A stretch of DNA of 63,600 nucleotides, the filler included, from Licmophora abbreviata (Eukaryota): assembly GCA_900291995.1 (NCBI GenBank). It is 9 parts of 9 records of this genome, joined end to end, with 100 filler letters (N's around TTAATTAATTAA, not from the genome) between each part and the next. Parts side by side here need not be neighbours in the genome. Positions count along the whole stretch, not along the records: positions 44,410 to 53,721 come from OLMU01003960.1; positions 53,822 to 63,600 come from OLMU01003962.1; 7 more parts are not named here. One strand, written 5' to 3'. Under the pieces are notes generated by a model. That model was not told where the DNA came from and made no database searches. It saw nothing but the letters and a program-made list of their open reading frames with translations. Numbering within the stretch: position 1 is the first letter of the stretch; every line of letters begins with the position of its first letter. This document shows positions 46,902-59,234 of the stretch, piece after piece. Made by a program: the position numbers and the translations under genes.

Positions 46902-49322
46902 TTAGACATGTCGATTGAGAATATTCTCCTCTGGCTCCCATGTACAATCTTCGATTGGGTAGCCCTTCCACTTAATGAGAAACTCGGTCCTACGGCCAAC
47001 GCGGCGGTGATCGCGTATGTTCTCTACTTCGAAAATGTCATGACTCTGGTGAGATGACTCGTGCAAGGTCGGATGCGCATCGCCGTCGCCATGACAGATT
47101 TCCGGTTCTCCGCCGCCTCCCGCGTCTTCGACAGACGCATTCCCAGCCGCCTCGCCACCTGTCTCGTCCAAAGAAGACTCTCCTGGAAAAGAAGCGGGAA
47201 AAATTGGCGTCTCTGGCATGTCCCAATCTTCAGGTTGTGTATTCTGAGGCGTATTTGCGTGGCTCTCTCCTCTCCCGATAGTCATCGTCGTGACCTTGCT
47301 TTCATCTTGTCCACACACATCAGTATTATATGAGACATCATCCTGTTTTAATCCTTCTCGATTCACAGCGTCCAACGTGCCAGTCTTCGCTTTCATCATC
47401 GTTGCCCATGCGTGTCCAGCGTCCCGATCGTTAGAAGCAAGTGAAATTGCATGCAACATTCCAATCTCCACCCAGCATGCTGCGCCCAAACGGGCTTGTT
47501 GTATCGTTACCTCGTCACCAGCCTGATTTCCATCTCCACGGGCGAACACTTCTTCCCAATCGGATATTACTCGAACAAGAGCGGTTGCATCACGGGGTTT
47601 AATTCCCTGCAGAATTCCGACTAGCATCGGTTGCTCATTTTGGTTGGTTGGCTCAGTGGCACCATGCATCCCCACCAACGACTGAGGAAACCACGCGACG
47701 ACGCCATCTGAAGCTAGAGATTCAGACAGTGGATTTTCCGTAGCGTCGTCAACATAACGTGTCGATTCATGAACGGCGCGGAACGTGAATCCGTCTATCA
47801 TATCGATGTCAGCGCCATCCCAACCTTTCGGAGATGACTTTGACTCCGCCGTGGATAGCGCCCGGCTAATTCTAGCGTTCGGCGGATTCAAGGTCGACGA
47901 ACCAAATTGTCGACTTCGCTTCCGCTGTTCAATGATAAAACCATCGCACCCCTCGATTTCGACATCTGAATCTACATGCTCGTCGTAGCGCTCACACATG
48001 GAGCAGAACCAATGTCCGTTCGGCACACTTTCCAGTGGTGGATCGGTACACCGGAGATGACATAAACAATTACACCCATCACAGATGAGAAGTGTCTCAG
48101 GGCGAAACGCACTTTCACACACATAGCACCGGTAATGTTGTTCCTCAGGACCGGTCGTCGTGCCATAGCGCCTTTTCTTTTCCTCTTCGATTGTCCAATC
48201 AACTTCGTTGTAGCTCTCGCTTGAAACACTGTCATCTTTCGCTTCCTGTTCCGCAAGTAGATGGTCTCGAAGCAGGATCTGTTTTCGCAACTCGGAAGCT
48301 ACGTCGACTAGGCGCATGTCCCCGTGCTCCACAGTACATTGCAGCTCATAGTGACCCCAACCACCACAGTTCAGGCATCTTCGAAGCCTGGACGACGCGA
48401 CTGGGTACAGATTCGTCTTCTGGCGGACGAGACGACGTTTGTAGTAGCGGTCGCCACGCGATGCCACTTCCCCAGAATGCAAACTCGCGCTCTCTTTGCT
48501 TGAAATTTCCGACGAAGAATCATCCTTCCCCACCCAATTTGCAATTGCCGCCATGGAGCATTCATTGTATGCCAGAGCAAGCGGTTCGATAGCAGCCGTC
48601 GCGCTCTTTCCTTCGTCCGTAGTTGACGACGCCACGAAATTCGACAGCACTGCTCCCTCAATATGTTGCAGAGCCTTTCTGGAAGTTTCCGGCTGATTAG
48701 AGTGAATGTCGCTAACGCTCTCACCCTGACGCGGTGCAGTATCTCTCCTAAGAAACCCGATTATTCGTTCATGTGCGTCGTCCGTATCAAACGTTTTAGA
48801 CGACGATGCTGATATCATGCTCCGCGATGGCTTTGCTATCAAATCAAATAAGAATGACGACGACTCCCTCAGGAGACGTGTTGTTGAAGAAGCAGAAAGA
48901 GCCTCATCATCGACCCCTGGAACCGAGAGATCTTGTCGTCTAGTCGTACTTGTAGCAGCATTATCCTGAGATGCAGCAGCGACCAGCAAGGGGCTCTTCG
49001 TCTTTTCGAGTGTGAGATACGACGACGTCTCCTTGGACTCGGTCCCCACAAAATGAGGTAGTATGGTATGAACAGAATGGTCGTCTCGGTCGGAAGCCGC
49101 ACCTAACAAGACGCTTGGCGTCTCTCGTTCACGTTCTCTGCCGTCTCCTCGACCTGCCTTATATTTTCGTTTGGTGGTGCTGTTCCCCGGCAGCCCCTCC
49201 TTTTGCTGCTGTTGCTGCTGATGTCTATGAACAGCGTCATCACCACAAACACTAATGCCATGATCCTCTCCAGGAATCTCACAAGAAGAAGATCCGATCT
49301 GGTCTTCCTCTACGTCCATCAC
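46902..49322 (-). CDS. Chromatin reader: CCHC knuckle, PHD finger and C-terminal chromodomain
   Basis: CLNCGGWGHYELQC; CYVC..LLICDGC..HLRC..P..WFCSMC; FEVENIRDHR..FLIKWKGY..TWEPEENI. The 3' end is uncertain. Confidence 0.85.
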   Translation of the reverse strand: MMDVEEDQIGSSSCEIPGEDHGISVCGDDAVHRHQQQQQQKEGLPGNSTTKRKYKAGRGDGRERERETPSVLLGAASDRDDHSVHTILPHFVGTESKETSSYLTLEKTKSPLLVAAASQDNAATSTTRRQDLSVPGVDDEALSASSTTRLLRESSSFLFDLIAKPSRSMISASSSKTFDTDDAHERIIGFLRRDTAPRQGESVSDIHSNQPETSRKALQHIEGAVLSNFVASSTTDEGKSATAAIEPLALAYNECSMAAIANWVGKDDSSSEISSKESASLHSGEVASRGDRYYKRRLVRQKTNLYPVASSRLRRCLNCGGWGHYELQCTVEHGDMRLVDVASELRKQILLRDHLLAEQEAKDDSVSSESYNEVDWTIEEEKKRRYGTTTGPEEQHYRCYVCESAFRPETLLICDGCNCLCHLRCTDPPLESVPNGHWFCSMCERYDEHVDSDVEIEGCDGFIIEQRKRSRQFGSSTLNPPNARISRALSTAESKSSPKGWDGADIDMIDGFTFRAVHESTRYVDDATENPLSESLASDGVVAWFPQSLVGMHGATEPTNQNEQPMLVGILQGIKPRDATALVRVISDWEEVFARGDGNQAGDEVTIQQARLGAACWVEIGMLHAISLASNDRDAGHAWATMMKAKTGTLDAVNREGLKQDDVSYNTDVCGQDESKVTTMTIGRGESHANTPQNTQPEDWDMPETPIFPASFPGESSLDETGGEAAGNASVEDAGGGGEPEICHGDGDAHPTLHESSHQSHDIFEVENIRDHRRVGRRTEFLIKWKGYPIEDCTWEPEENILNRHV

Positions 49323-50048
49323 TGCTACACTAGTTAGTACGACTAGCAGGAATAGCTAGGTCTGGAGGAGGATCAACGTAAGTAAGAAAACAAGAGATCA
49401 GTGTGTGGCGAGAAATGATGAAAACAGTACTACAACAACACCAAATTTCATTGGCCAAGTGCAGGAAGCAAACAATAGCCACGGGGCTTTTTTGCTGCGC
49501 CTGATGAACACCAGGGAGTAGTAGTTAGGGTATCGCTCGCTCCAACAAACGCGACGAGTTACCTCTTGCTGGTCTTTCGTACTTTTCACTGGATCTCCAG
49601 TCGCTACTCTGACCCTAGTCCCTTGCCACAGTCTCAAGAAGGCGCCACATCACGACAGAGCACGAAACGCACCACCTGAAGAATGGCAGCTGCACCATGC
49701 AGCTTCTGCTGGTTTGCCACTCGTCGTCAGTCATCGATGTGCGTTAAGGTGTTCTGGAGGACGGAAATCGCTGTATTAAAAGTCCGGGTCTTCTCAGAAT
49801 GATATAAGCATTCCAGTCGTGCTTTGATAAATAACATGGCTTCTTTGCGAGAGTCGGCCGGCGAGCGAAGCACAGACAGCGAGAGAAAGTGGACGCGTGC
49901 GGTCCGCGACTTCGCTGTGATGCAGCAAATTGAAAATTCACAATGGTCACTTTCAACTTCTTCCTCGCCCGTTGACTCTGCCGCTTGCTGCCACCGCTTG
50001 CGTTCTTCTCCCCTAGCCACTCGTACATTGTAAAACTGACCTGCAGGT

Positions 50049-51185
50049 ATGCCCCCGAGTGTACAGCGCACGAGCCCAGGGGGCTCTTCGACGGCGTTGA
50101 GAACAGTTCCAGAAACCGGGCCGCAGTTTGACGACGACCCAACAGCAGGAGTAGCAGCAGCAGGAGGCTTCTCGTCGAAGGGACGCCGCAAGACTCCTGT
50201 CTCTCCATCGCCTGAGCGACACCAGACTGTACAGACCTCGAATTCGAATGCAGAACAAGAAGAGATTTCTGGAAACACGCTGCCTTCGTCGAATCCGTCC
50301 TTTACATCGCCTGCACAATCATCATCACTCTACGGCAACCATCCATTCTCGCCCAACACCATGAACATGTACGGTGCTGGCGGCGGCGCTATGTACAACA
50401 GCATGTATGGCATGATGGGATCTCCCATGATGGGCGGAGGAGGGCCGCTCTCGGGCTTGAATCAGTTCTTGTTTAGCGTTCAGACGGTGCTCTTTTCTCT
50501 CGGTCAAGCTGTGCAGGTAAGTCGCTGCTCGTTGTAGTCTAAGAAGAGAGAATGAGACACTTCCGACCCCAAGCTGCTTTCCTGCACATCGACTTTGTAT
50601 ACTTGCACGCATTCTCATCACCTCAATACGACTCTTCTTCTTCTTCTTCTTCTCTTCTTCCATGACTACTACTACTGATTCGACTACTTCTAGATTGTCG
50701 GAATGAACACACAAGCCTTTCAGCAACTCTTGGACGCCGCCACGACCATGCTGGATCACGCCCTCACGACTTGGAAGGATATGCGCGCCTTGGAGCGACA
50801 AGCACTCGAGGACGAATCCGAACACGATAAAAAGCGAAAAAGGCGATTGCGGGCTTTGCGATGGGCCATCCTGGTGGGGGGTGCGTACACGGCATATCGA
50901 TTTGTAGTACGACGAATGGTCAGCAGAGCGCGAAGGATGAAGCGACAAAGGCAACTGACGATTGGAAATGACATTGGTAACTCTGGAGGGTGGACGGGAG
51001 GTGGATATGACAACCGTGCGATACAGTCGGCACCGCCGCCTACTGGATACGGGTCTCATAACGTCGTGGGAAACCATTCACCGGCGTGGAACTCCGCCCC
51101 CTACCACCATGGGTCGTACGGATATGGCCATGGGCCTAACATGGGTGGAGGTATGAATCCTTATGGCGGCACAGGATACTACTAG
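50049..51185 (+). CDS. PEX13: Peroxin-13-like protein (plant-type, no SH3)
   Basis: N-terminal M/Y/G-rich region, conserved helix FSLGQAVQ|IVGMNTQAFQQL, a TM segment and a YG-rich tail. Intron 50517-50693. Confidence 0.55.
50632..50678. repeat. Intronic (CTT)n and (ACT)n microsatellites
   Basis: ctcttcttcttcttcttctt... followed by actactactactg. Confidence 0.8.
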
Positions 51186-51391
51186 CAACTCTCATCGACA
51201 TGTACAAGTAGTCTACAACCGACTCTCTAGAGGGTAATTTTTCTTTTTTGCTGTTTTGTACTTTTCGTGTGTGTTGACCACCTCGGCAGGTGTGCTGAGC
51301 GTAGATCGCATCGTGCATTTGGATGGAGAATCTCCCTCGAGGACTCCGTGAAGGGGTAGTGGATCATCTCTCTTGTTGGAACCAGACATCT

Positions 51392-53721
51392 CTATAGAAC
51401 GGAATCGGACGCGTCCACGACTGGCGGCGCAACGAGGAGCGAAGTCTTGCCTTCTTTGTTGGACGAAGCTTTCTTTTCGTCCGTCAAGGACTTCAAAAAG
51501 CTCGTCGGACCATCGGTCGAGAGCTTATTGGCCAGTCGGTAAAACATTTCGACCAATCCGGGGCGAAAGCGCTCCGTGCCACCCTTGACGTCGTCACCTG
51601 GTGATTCAAATCAGAGAGGTGCGAAGCGTGAGATACGTTCTAGGTTCACGAGGCTTCGACAACGATATGGCCATGATATCAAAACCCATTCGATTCGCCA
51701 CTGACTTACCACACACACCGCTGGGCCCACTTCCGACTTCACCACCATTGTTGGATGCTTCATCCGAAATTAACTTGAAGAAATCAGGCTCAAAGTCGAC
51801 TTGTTCGCTAATATATTCTTCGGCACGCTGTAGAACAGGTAGAATACTGGATGCCGTGCCTCCAATTTTGGCACGTGCCCACTCCTCCACCGTCGCATAA
51901 TCGGGGGCCGCACGCTTGCGCTTCTTGTTGGATATCGATGGCGTCGAAGCAGTTTCGGGCCTCGTCTCGGCAAGCGCCTTCTGCTCTTGCTGAAGTTGCT
52001 CCTGCAGCTGCTGTTCGGTTCGCAGTTTGTTGGCTTCCCGCAGCTGCACAGCAATCGGGTGTTCCACTACGCGATAGAACAACATGTAAGCTTCTGCGCT
52101 TTGAACGTCCTGCCACGACGCCTTGGTGACACGTGAGTCGTCCATCTTCCACCACTCATTCTTGTGAATGTTGCGTACATAGGCAACATAGTGGCCGGAG
52201 TGACTGTTCTTGCCGGCATGTACAATAACTGCAAAGAGTCGTGTGAACATGTGGTTGTGCCGCTCTTGTAGTTCCGGAGTCAGGAAGGGACGCAAGTCCA
52301 ACACTTGATCGAACTGGACGTGTCCTTCAATCTTGGCCGAGCCCGACTTGCCAAACGCCAGTAGTTCCGTCTGCTGCGGCCACATGGTCGTCAGCTGACT
52401 CACTTCGGATCGGCCCGAGCGTGCAGTGGTCGTGTGCGCACCTCCCTCGGAGCCGTAGCGAAAGCGCTTCAGGTGGAGCGTGAGAACGGGAGGGATGGAC
52501 GCAAGGCGCGACTGCTTCATGGCCCGACCGACCTTGTCGCACTTTTCGCATTTGTAGGCGTCAAGCGGTTCGGCTCGCGCAAAGCGCTGAAACGCCGCAT
52601 TTACATTGGCGAGCGCCTTGCCCGAGGATTGAGCGGAGGACGATCGGCGAGATGAAGAGTCTTGCTGGAAACATTCCAACCCAATATCTTCAATGGGGTC
52701 AATTTTGCTGCTCGAGGCCCCGCATGCATCGCACGTCACGTTGGACTCAACCGTACCTCGAAAGAGCTTGAAGGGATACTCGATATCCTCCTTGGAACTG
52801 CCGTCTCCCATAGACGAGGTGGTAAGCGACGCAGTCTTTCGTGCCGTTGAGCACGACTTTTGCATGGCGTCAATTAAGAGACGCAGAAACTCGTGCGAGT
52901 CTTCTTGCTGTCCGAGTTTGAACCACGGTGCCACGTGATCCATGAATCCGTGGACAAACTCAGTGGGGGCCACCGCGTCCGACTGAGATCCATGGATGTT
53001 CTCCAACAGCGTTTCAACCTCGCACAGGGCACAGAATGTCGACTCCTTGCTATCGTTGTTGTCAGTCGCAGATCCTTCGTCTTCTGAAGCCGAGTTGCTG
53101 CGAGTGCCAGGGCCTCCACTGGAGCGTTTGGACTTGCGAGTAGCTCGATTCACGGGAAGGGAAGATCCTCCACCAGAAGCGTTGTCGGGAGAAGGACTCG
53201 ACTGGTGGCGACGAGCCCTGCGTTTGGCAATCGGACATTGCAAGCGATGGGGCTCACAGTCCAGCGCCAAGCAGAGTTCCGGAGAATGGGCCAACACTTC
53301 CAAGACACAATTCATGAAGCTGCAATGGCGAATCAGACGTATACGATTGGAAAAGGAGGAGAGTGAGAAAAAATTAGTAATCGTAGAGACGTCGGAGCCG
53401 CCGAACGGAAGGAGTCGTATGATATTGTGAAATAATGCGATTGCATCGGCATCACAGTTTCAATCAGTTCCGAAATTCGAAATTCAGGTACAGAAATCAG
53501 CGTTTCGGTCTCCCCTGTTCCAAAATTCAGCCAGGATTGACTCACCAAGTATTTCCGAGGTTCACCATGCCTGCCCCGATGTCTCGTTTGGGAGGCATGT
53601 TCTGTGGAGCCGCCGAAGCAGTCGATTTAGTCACAGCCGCGGTGCTGCGTGTGGTCCGGGCGGCGTTCGACGGCGCCGCGGAGGCCCCTTGCCCCGCTTT
53701 GAACTCGTATGGGGGCATTCT
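51392..53721 (-). CDS. Ubiquitin-specific protease (peptidase C19, USP36/42-like), 5' end in gap
   Basis: Cys box GMVNLGNTC FMN, with the Cys codon split by intron 53545-53320. Also QQEDSHEFL, LHLKRF and His box VHAG..HSGHYVAYV..W..MDD. Second intron 51709-51598. Confidence 0.92.
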
Positions 53722-53821
53722 NNNNNNNNNNNNNNNNNNNNNNNNNNNNNNNNNNNNNNNNNNNNTTAATTAATTAANNNNNNNNNNNNNNNNNNNNNNN
53801 NNNNNNNNNNNNNNNNNNNNN
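53722..53821. other. Assembly gap spacer
   Basis: N44-TTAATTAATTAA-N44. Confidence 0.97.
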
Positions 53822-55135
53822 GGATACCATCATCAGCAGCAAGAGCGGCCTCATCGTCTTCCAAATCAACAATTTCATCCTTTGGTTTCAGCGGTGCCGG
53901 GTTTCTGACTTGCTACCATGCTGGCGCTGCCGAATGCTTACTGCAACAGGGCTTATTGCTCGGGCCAGGAGAACGCCCAACGACGACTCGTGGGAAACAT
54001 TCGACACCCTTTCCGGCCCACACGCTCACTGGCGTGTCGGGAGGAGCGCTCATTGCGTGTGGCCTAACGGCGGGAATTCGACCGGAAGATTCCATGGAAG
54101 CAACGCTCCATATCTCCCGAGAAACGCAACGTCTGGGAGGACGATTGGATAGCTTAATGCCAGGGTAATTTCTCATACGCGTGAATTTGGGAATTTTTGC
54201 ACCAGTCGCGGTAGTTCAAAGTGTGTTTCGAGACACGGGGCTCACTCTGCCTTTTGTACTTTCTTCCTCATTCGCAGTTTCTCCTTACTGGATCAAGTTG
54301 GGAAGCTTTTCCTTGGACTGATGAGAAAGGGGCTGGGAGGTAGCATTGATGGCGACCATGACGATTACGACATGGAACTCCTGCAGGCAAGACTTGCTGA
54401 TTCGCGACTCCGTGTGGGATTCACGGACCGCCGGGTCTTTCCTCCATTTGGACAAAATCCACGAGCCTATTTTTATGTTGACGAGTTTCGAAATCTTCAA
54501 GACATGGCAGCCGCAGCGATACTGAGCTCCTATGTGCCTGGAGTTACTGGACCAGCGTTGGGATCGCTTGATGGGGCCAATACGGCAGTGAAACAGGCGA
54601 AAGACCGAGTTGAAGAGATGCTGGAGTTAGGATTCATTAAACATGGGACGACAGGAACAGTAGTAAAGCCAACTTCCGACGTGAAGATGTCGTTCTGGGG
54701 CAATCGAGAATTTTACTGGGACGGGGGGCTCGTCAATGTTTGGCCAGTTGTGGATGAGAACACAGTCATCGTCACTCCCATCGGTGCGAGCTTCAAGCCC
54801 AATCCTTTCATTTCGCCAGCGATTCATACACGAGATCATGGATCCATCTGGGACAGACTCTTTCCAAGAAAGATTCGTGTCAATAGTATGACTGAGCTTC
54901 ACTTGAGCCCGGAGAACTTGGAGACTCTGCGAAGAATTATATTGTCGTCGGATGAAACTGTGTTGCAACAAAGATATGCAATGGGGTATGACGATGCAAA
55001 GTAAGTGAAATCTGGGCCCCGACACGCGAAACACTTCCAGTTGTTCCTAACTCCTCTGCAACTCTCTACAGGAAGTTTTTGATTGAGCACGACTTGATGA
55101 GTGTATACTCCATGGGAGCGGAGGTTAGCCAGTAA
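53822..55135 (+). CDS. Patatin-like phospholipase/lipase (PNPLA/ATGL-like), 5' end in gap
   Basis: FSGAGFLTCYHAG oxyanion motif, GVSGG nucleophile and WDGG. Introns 54165-54277 and 55001-55071. Confidence 0.88.
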
Positions 55136-55204
55136 ATGATCAATATCATATAAAAAAATAGATTTTAACTTGGAAACTATAATGAATCGCCCGTCCTGGC
55201 AGCA

Positions 55205-58200
55205 CTACGAAAAGTGAGCTGCCGGAATTTCCAGATCTTGTAGTTCTTCGACGTAAAGACGACCCATCCCACCGCTAAAGGTGAGGGGTGCTCCGGTTGT
55301 GGCGTCGATCGCCAACACAGTGTAGCGCAGTTCGCACGTCAAAATTGCCATGCCATCGATTCGATGCGGAGCGGCCGATAATACGCACCACGCGCTACCC
55401 GTCGACTTGAATGGTAGCGCCTTCAATGGAACTTGCAGTGTTGACTGGATGGCCTCTTCCGAAGATTCCGCGACGACGAAGGCAACGTCTCCCAGCGTTT
55501 GACCATCCACGTGTGCCGCCGAATTTGTCACCTTGGCTTGGATAATCAAATGTCGTGGAAAGAAGTGCTTCACAATCATGACTTCTGGAAAGGTTGACGG
55601 TGCAGCATGGGCAGGACGTGCCTTGAAGGGTTTCGAGGAGTGTAGGGGTTCGCCAAGTTTAAGCGATCGCAGCTGCGGGACCGCATGAAGATTCGCCTGT
55701 GCCTTGATTTGCGCTTCCGTGAGCTCCTGCTTCAACGAAACGTACTTGGCTCGAAGCAATGATGCCGTCACTGTCAACCGACGAATCTGAGATTCGCTGT
55801 CGACCAAAGCAGGAATGAGGAAGGGTCTCGCAACAGCAGACACGGGCACATTCTGGGGTAGAAGGCGGATCGCTGCAGCCCGATCAATGGAGCCCCGTCT
55901 GAGAGCAAGCACCTGAATAGCGGCTGTGGTGCCGCGGTCACTGTCGGGATCTGACTCGAGAGCGACACGCACAAGTGGAAGGTAGGCACAATCGGCGCTG
56001 GATCGTTTGTCGGTCTGCGTCGATCCGCGTCTCGCCCTTTGTTGTTCAAGCCACGCCTGTTGCATCTCGTACCGATTGTCGCAGTATTCAAGAGCGAGAT
56101 CTAGGCTCTGCAAATCACAGTACAGAATCTTCAGCGCATCGTCGTGTCTTCCAAGTCGACCGAGAAGAAGAGCTTTCTCCTGCAAGAAGGACGAAGGCAA
56201 GGACGCCAGCAGACGTTCTGACCGTACCTTGGCATTCAGCCATCTCAACAGACGGCGAAGTTTCGCACGATACATCTGTCCCAAGACAGTGTCCTGATCA
56301 TCATCACCACCCTCAGGTCCACGCTCGGCAATGACACCCTCGAGAAGCAGATAGGAAAGCTCGTCGTGCAGATTAGAAAATTGCTCCTCGATCTGCTCGT
56401 CAGCTGGGAGACTGTCGAATGCATCTTCTGTTGGAGGACGATCCGTCAGAATACCAATGGCGGATTCCAAGTACGAGACCGCGAGGGCTCGACCAGATTC
56501 AAGAGGCAGCCGCGTCTTGCCGTCGCTCACTGTGGATGCAACATAATCAGAGGAAGTGTTTTCGTCCTTGGCGTCAAAGGCGACGGTTGGGTTCACGGAT
56601 TTTAGCAGCTCAACAACCTGCAGTGGGTGCGAAGGGTGCGCCAACGGGTCATCCCGTGCCATCATAGACTTCCACTGAGCTGCGTTCTGAGGATGCGTCG
56701 CCGTGAACACGCTTAGACCTAGGGGTGCGTTGCTTTCCAACAATCGGCGAGTGACGGCGGAGTTCAGAACCAACCGGCACCCCTGGTCCTCCTCACTGCC
56801 CCACAGTTCGCTCAAATGTGTCGCAGTATACGACTCATACTTGATTTGCGACCAGAACCCAGACGATCGCCCGTGAACGTCAGATGCCTTGTTCGGCTTT
56901 TGCCGCTCGTACAAGACGTCGATGGCGCGCTCGTGCTTCCCGCACGATCGCAGCAGCCAGACAGCAGCCTCGACAAAATCCATGCGGAGACTTGCACTCG
57001 AAGCTCGATGACCCGACGACGGCGACGCCATGCGCATCGGAGAAGTCGTCTTGGAGGCCTCGAGCAAGAGCCTGTCGGCGATGGATTCACATAAACTGGC
57101 GGCGGCAGGCGAGACGGTCCCGCCGGGGAATGTAACTCCTAACTTGGCTACACACTGCTTGGCTGCGCGATTTGCCATGGATGCACTCGGAGGAGTCATC
57201 TGGGAGCAGACCAGACAGAGCAAAGCCGTTCCAGTCAGAACTGACCCAGGAGACGCTGAAGAAGTCATGGTGGATGCCGGTTGGCGAATGACAGAAGAAC
57301 CAGCTTCTTCGAAAGCACCAAAGTGCCCCTCATGTGACGGCCGGGCAGCCATGCTCGTTTCCGTGGGCCATCCTGAGGATCCACCACCGTCAAAGTCAGC
57401 GAGTGATAGCACAGCCTCAAGGTACTGGCGTAACAAAGCGCGGGCATGAGCCGTTGGCTCCGGTCCGACGTATGATGTGGCGGTAAAGGAAGCACCAATC
57501 GCTTCGGCTAGTTCGGATCGAGGAAAGCCATTCGCACCAAATGCATCAATGGAGAGACGCATCAATCGATCGGCTAGGTCCTTTGAAATAAAATAAAATA
57601 AAAAGGAAATGAGTTGCGATAGAGCACAATGGAAAACACACATCTTTCGTGGACTCGTCGATGCGCACCTGCGACGTGTCGGGAAGACACCGCAACACCT
57701 TTCCAGATCCAGAGTACGATGCAGAGACCATCCAGGGGTACGAGTGACGCAATACAAAAAAATCGTTTGGACGCGTTCCGACTTCGACAGTTCGAAGGGG
57801 TATCGCCATACACGAAGGAGATCGAATGGATATGAGACCGTCGCTCGTCAGTATCGCCATCCAAGGCCATTGCGGCGCTGCTGCCAAAATCGGGCTCGCT
57901 ACCGTCACCGTGCCATTGCGAGGCGGACTGCATGACAACAAGCGTGGAGAGTCTGTAAACTGCAAATCAACTACCGCGCATTCCCGTCCAGAAGCAATGA
58001 AGAGACAAGACCAGTCGTCCTCCATGGATGGATCCTTGATATCTTTCACAATGACGGGATGGACTTGAGACGAATGGGAAAATGAAATTAGTTTGACCAT
58101 GTTGTCCGCCCCCGCCGAGTTATCCGTTTCATCATCCGTTGATACAGCATAAAAGGAGTTTCCAACTGCCACCACTGCAACGTGCCCCTTGGAGGTCACT

Positions 58201-58832
58201 TCCATCGCATCCTGACCACTGCGTGCTCCAGGCGACGGTAGCGTGAGCGTCCCGATTCTGACGTCTTCGCGATGATCGGAATTCAACCGCAGACTTCCGA
58301 TCGTACGCCCAGCGGCATAGACAAAGCCTCGTGACGCATGAAAGGTAGCACAGGACATGCGAGGCAAGTAACTGGAACTCGGGAGCGGAGACCAGGTGCT
58401 TGTGCTTCCGTGTGTGCGCAGTGTCAAAAGATGAGCAGCAAAGGCGCCATCTCCGGCAGAAGATCCTCGATTGTCATCTACCAGTATCAAGAACGCATTG
58501 TTTCCCTTGGTTATAGACACGACAGATCCGTTAAAACTTGCATTGAGGTCGACCGGAGCAAGATGACGAGGTGTCTCCCGCGGTGGCTGCGGCGGCGTCC
58601 TCCGTCGAGCGGGAGACATGGGTCCCGAGGGAGACGAGTACGTACGCGAGTGAAGTGAGCCTCGTTCCGTCCCAAAGACCACCGAAACAAGACTAAGTTC
58701 TTGCTGTGTGTCTTTGGATGCGACTTCAAACGGATTTGTAGACGTCTTTGTATCTGCCTGGGCCGCAAAGACACACAGCGATCGCGGCGCAACGCCATTC
58801 GTACGAAGATCCCACGAGCCCTCGACTGCCAT
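55205..58832 (-). CDS. Vps39/Vps3(TGFBRAP1)-like tethering subunit with C-terminal gamma-COP-appendage-like domain
   Basis: Beta-rich N-terminal region and clathrin-repeat-like EKALLLGRLGRHDDALKIL..LALEYC. Intron 57668-57581. C-terminus VKHFF.RH..Q..VTN..LP....G..EELQDLEI. Confidence 0.75.
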
Positions 58833-59234
58833 ATTTTTCTCCTCTTTCACTTCGTTCTTCGTTCGAAGCAATTATTATGTTACCGCTATACCGCAGGATC
58901 GTGTGACTAGCCAGGCGTGAGTGATTTTGTGACGCCAAGGAGGGAAAACAGCGGCATGTCGATGCTCATTGTGGGGTGGTCGAGTTTTTCGAGTCAAGCT
59001 TGTCGTCGTCGAGGCGATCCGGGTTCTCACCCTTAGCCTTACTTCGTCATGACGGCTGATGGCTGTGGGACTGGTGTTCCATCGCCGCCGGGGATACATC
59101 CCACTGCCACTCGACTCTTTCCCTTCAGCGCAACCATCTATTCTTTTTACATGGCTAGTAAGTTTCAAAGTCTAGTAGTTTCTAGTTTGTAAGGAGAGCG
59201 CGTCTTCTGGAAGGGGAGCCGACGATAGCGATGA

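Noticed and set aside
48340..48385. CCHC knuckle plus chromodomain as a chromovirus retrotransposon
   Set aside because: No protease, RT, RNase H, integrase or LTRs; the PHD finger points to a host chromatin gene.
2861..53821. Repeated TTAATTAATTAA palindrome as a biological repeat, CRISPR repeat or transposon target site
   Set aside because: Always centred in exactly 44+44 Ns; it is an artificial six-frame stop linker.
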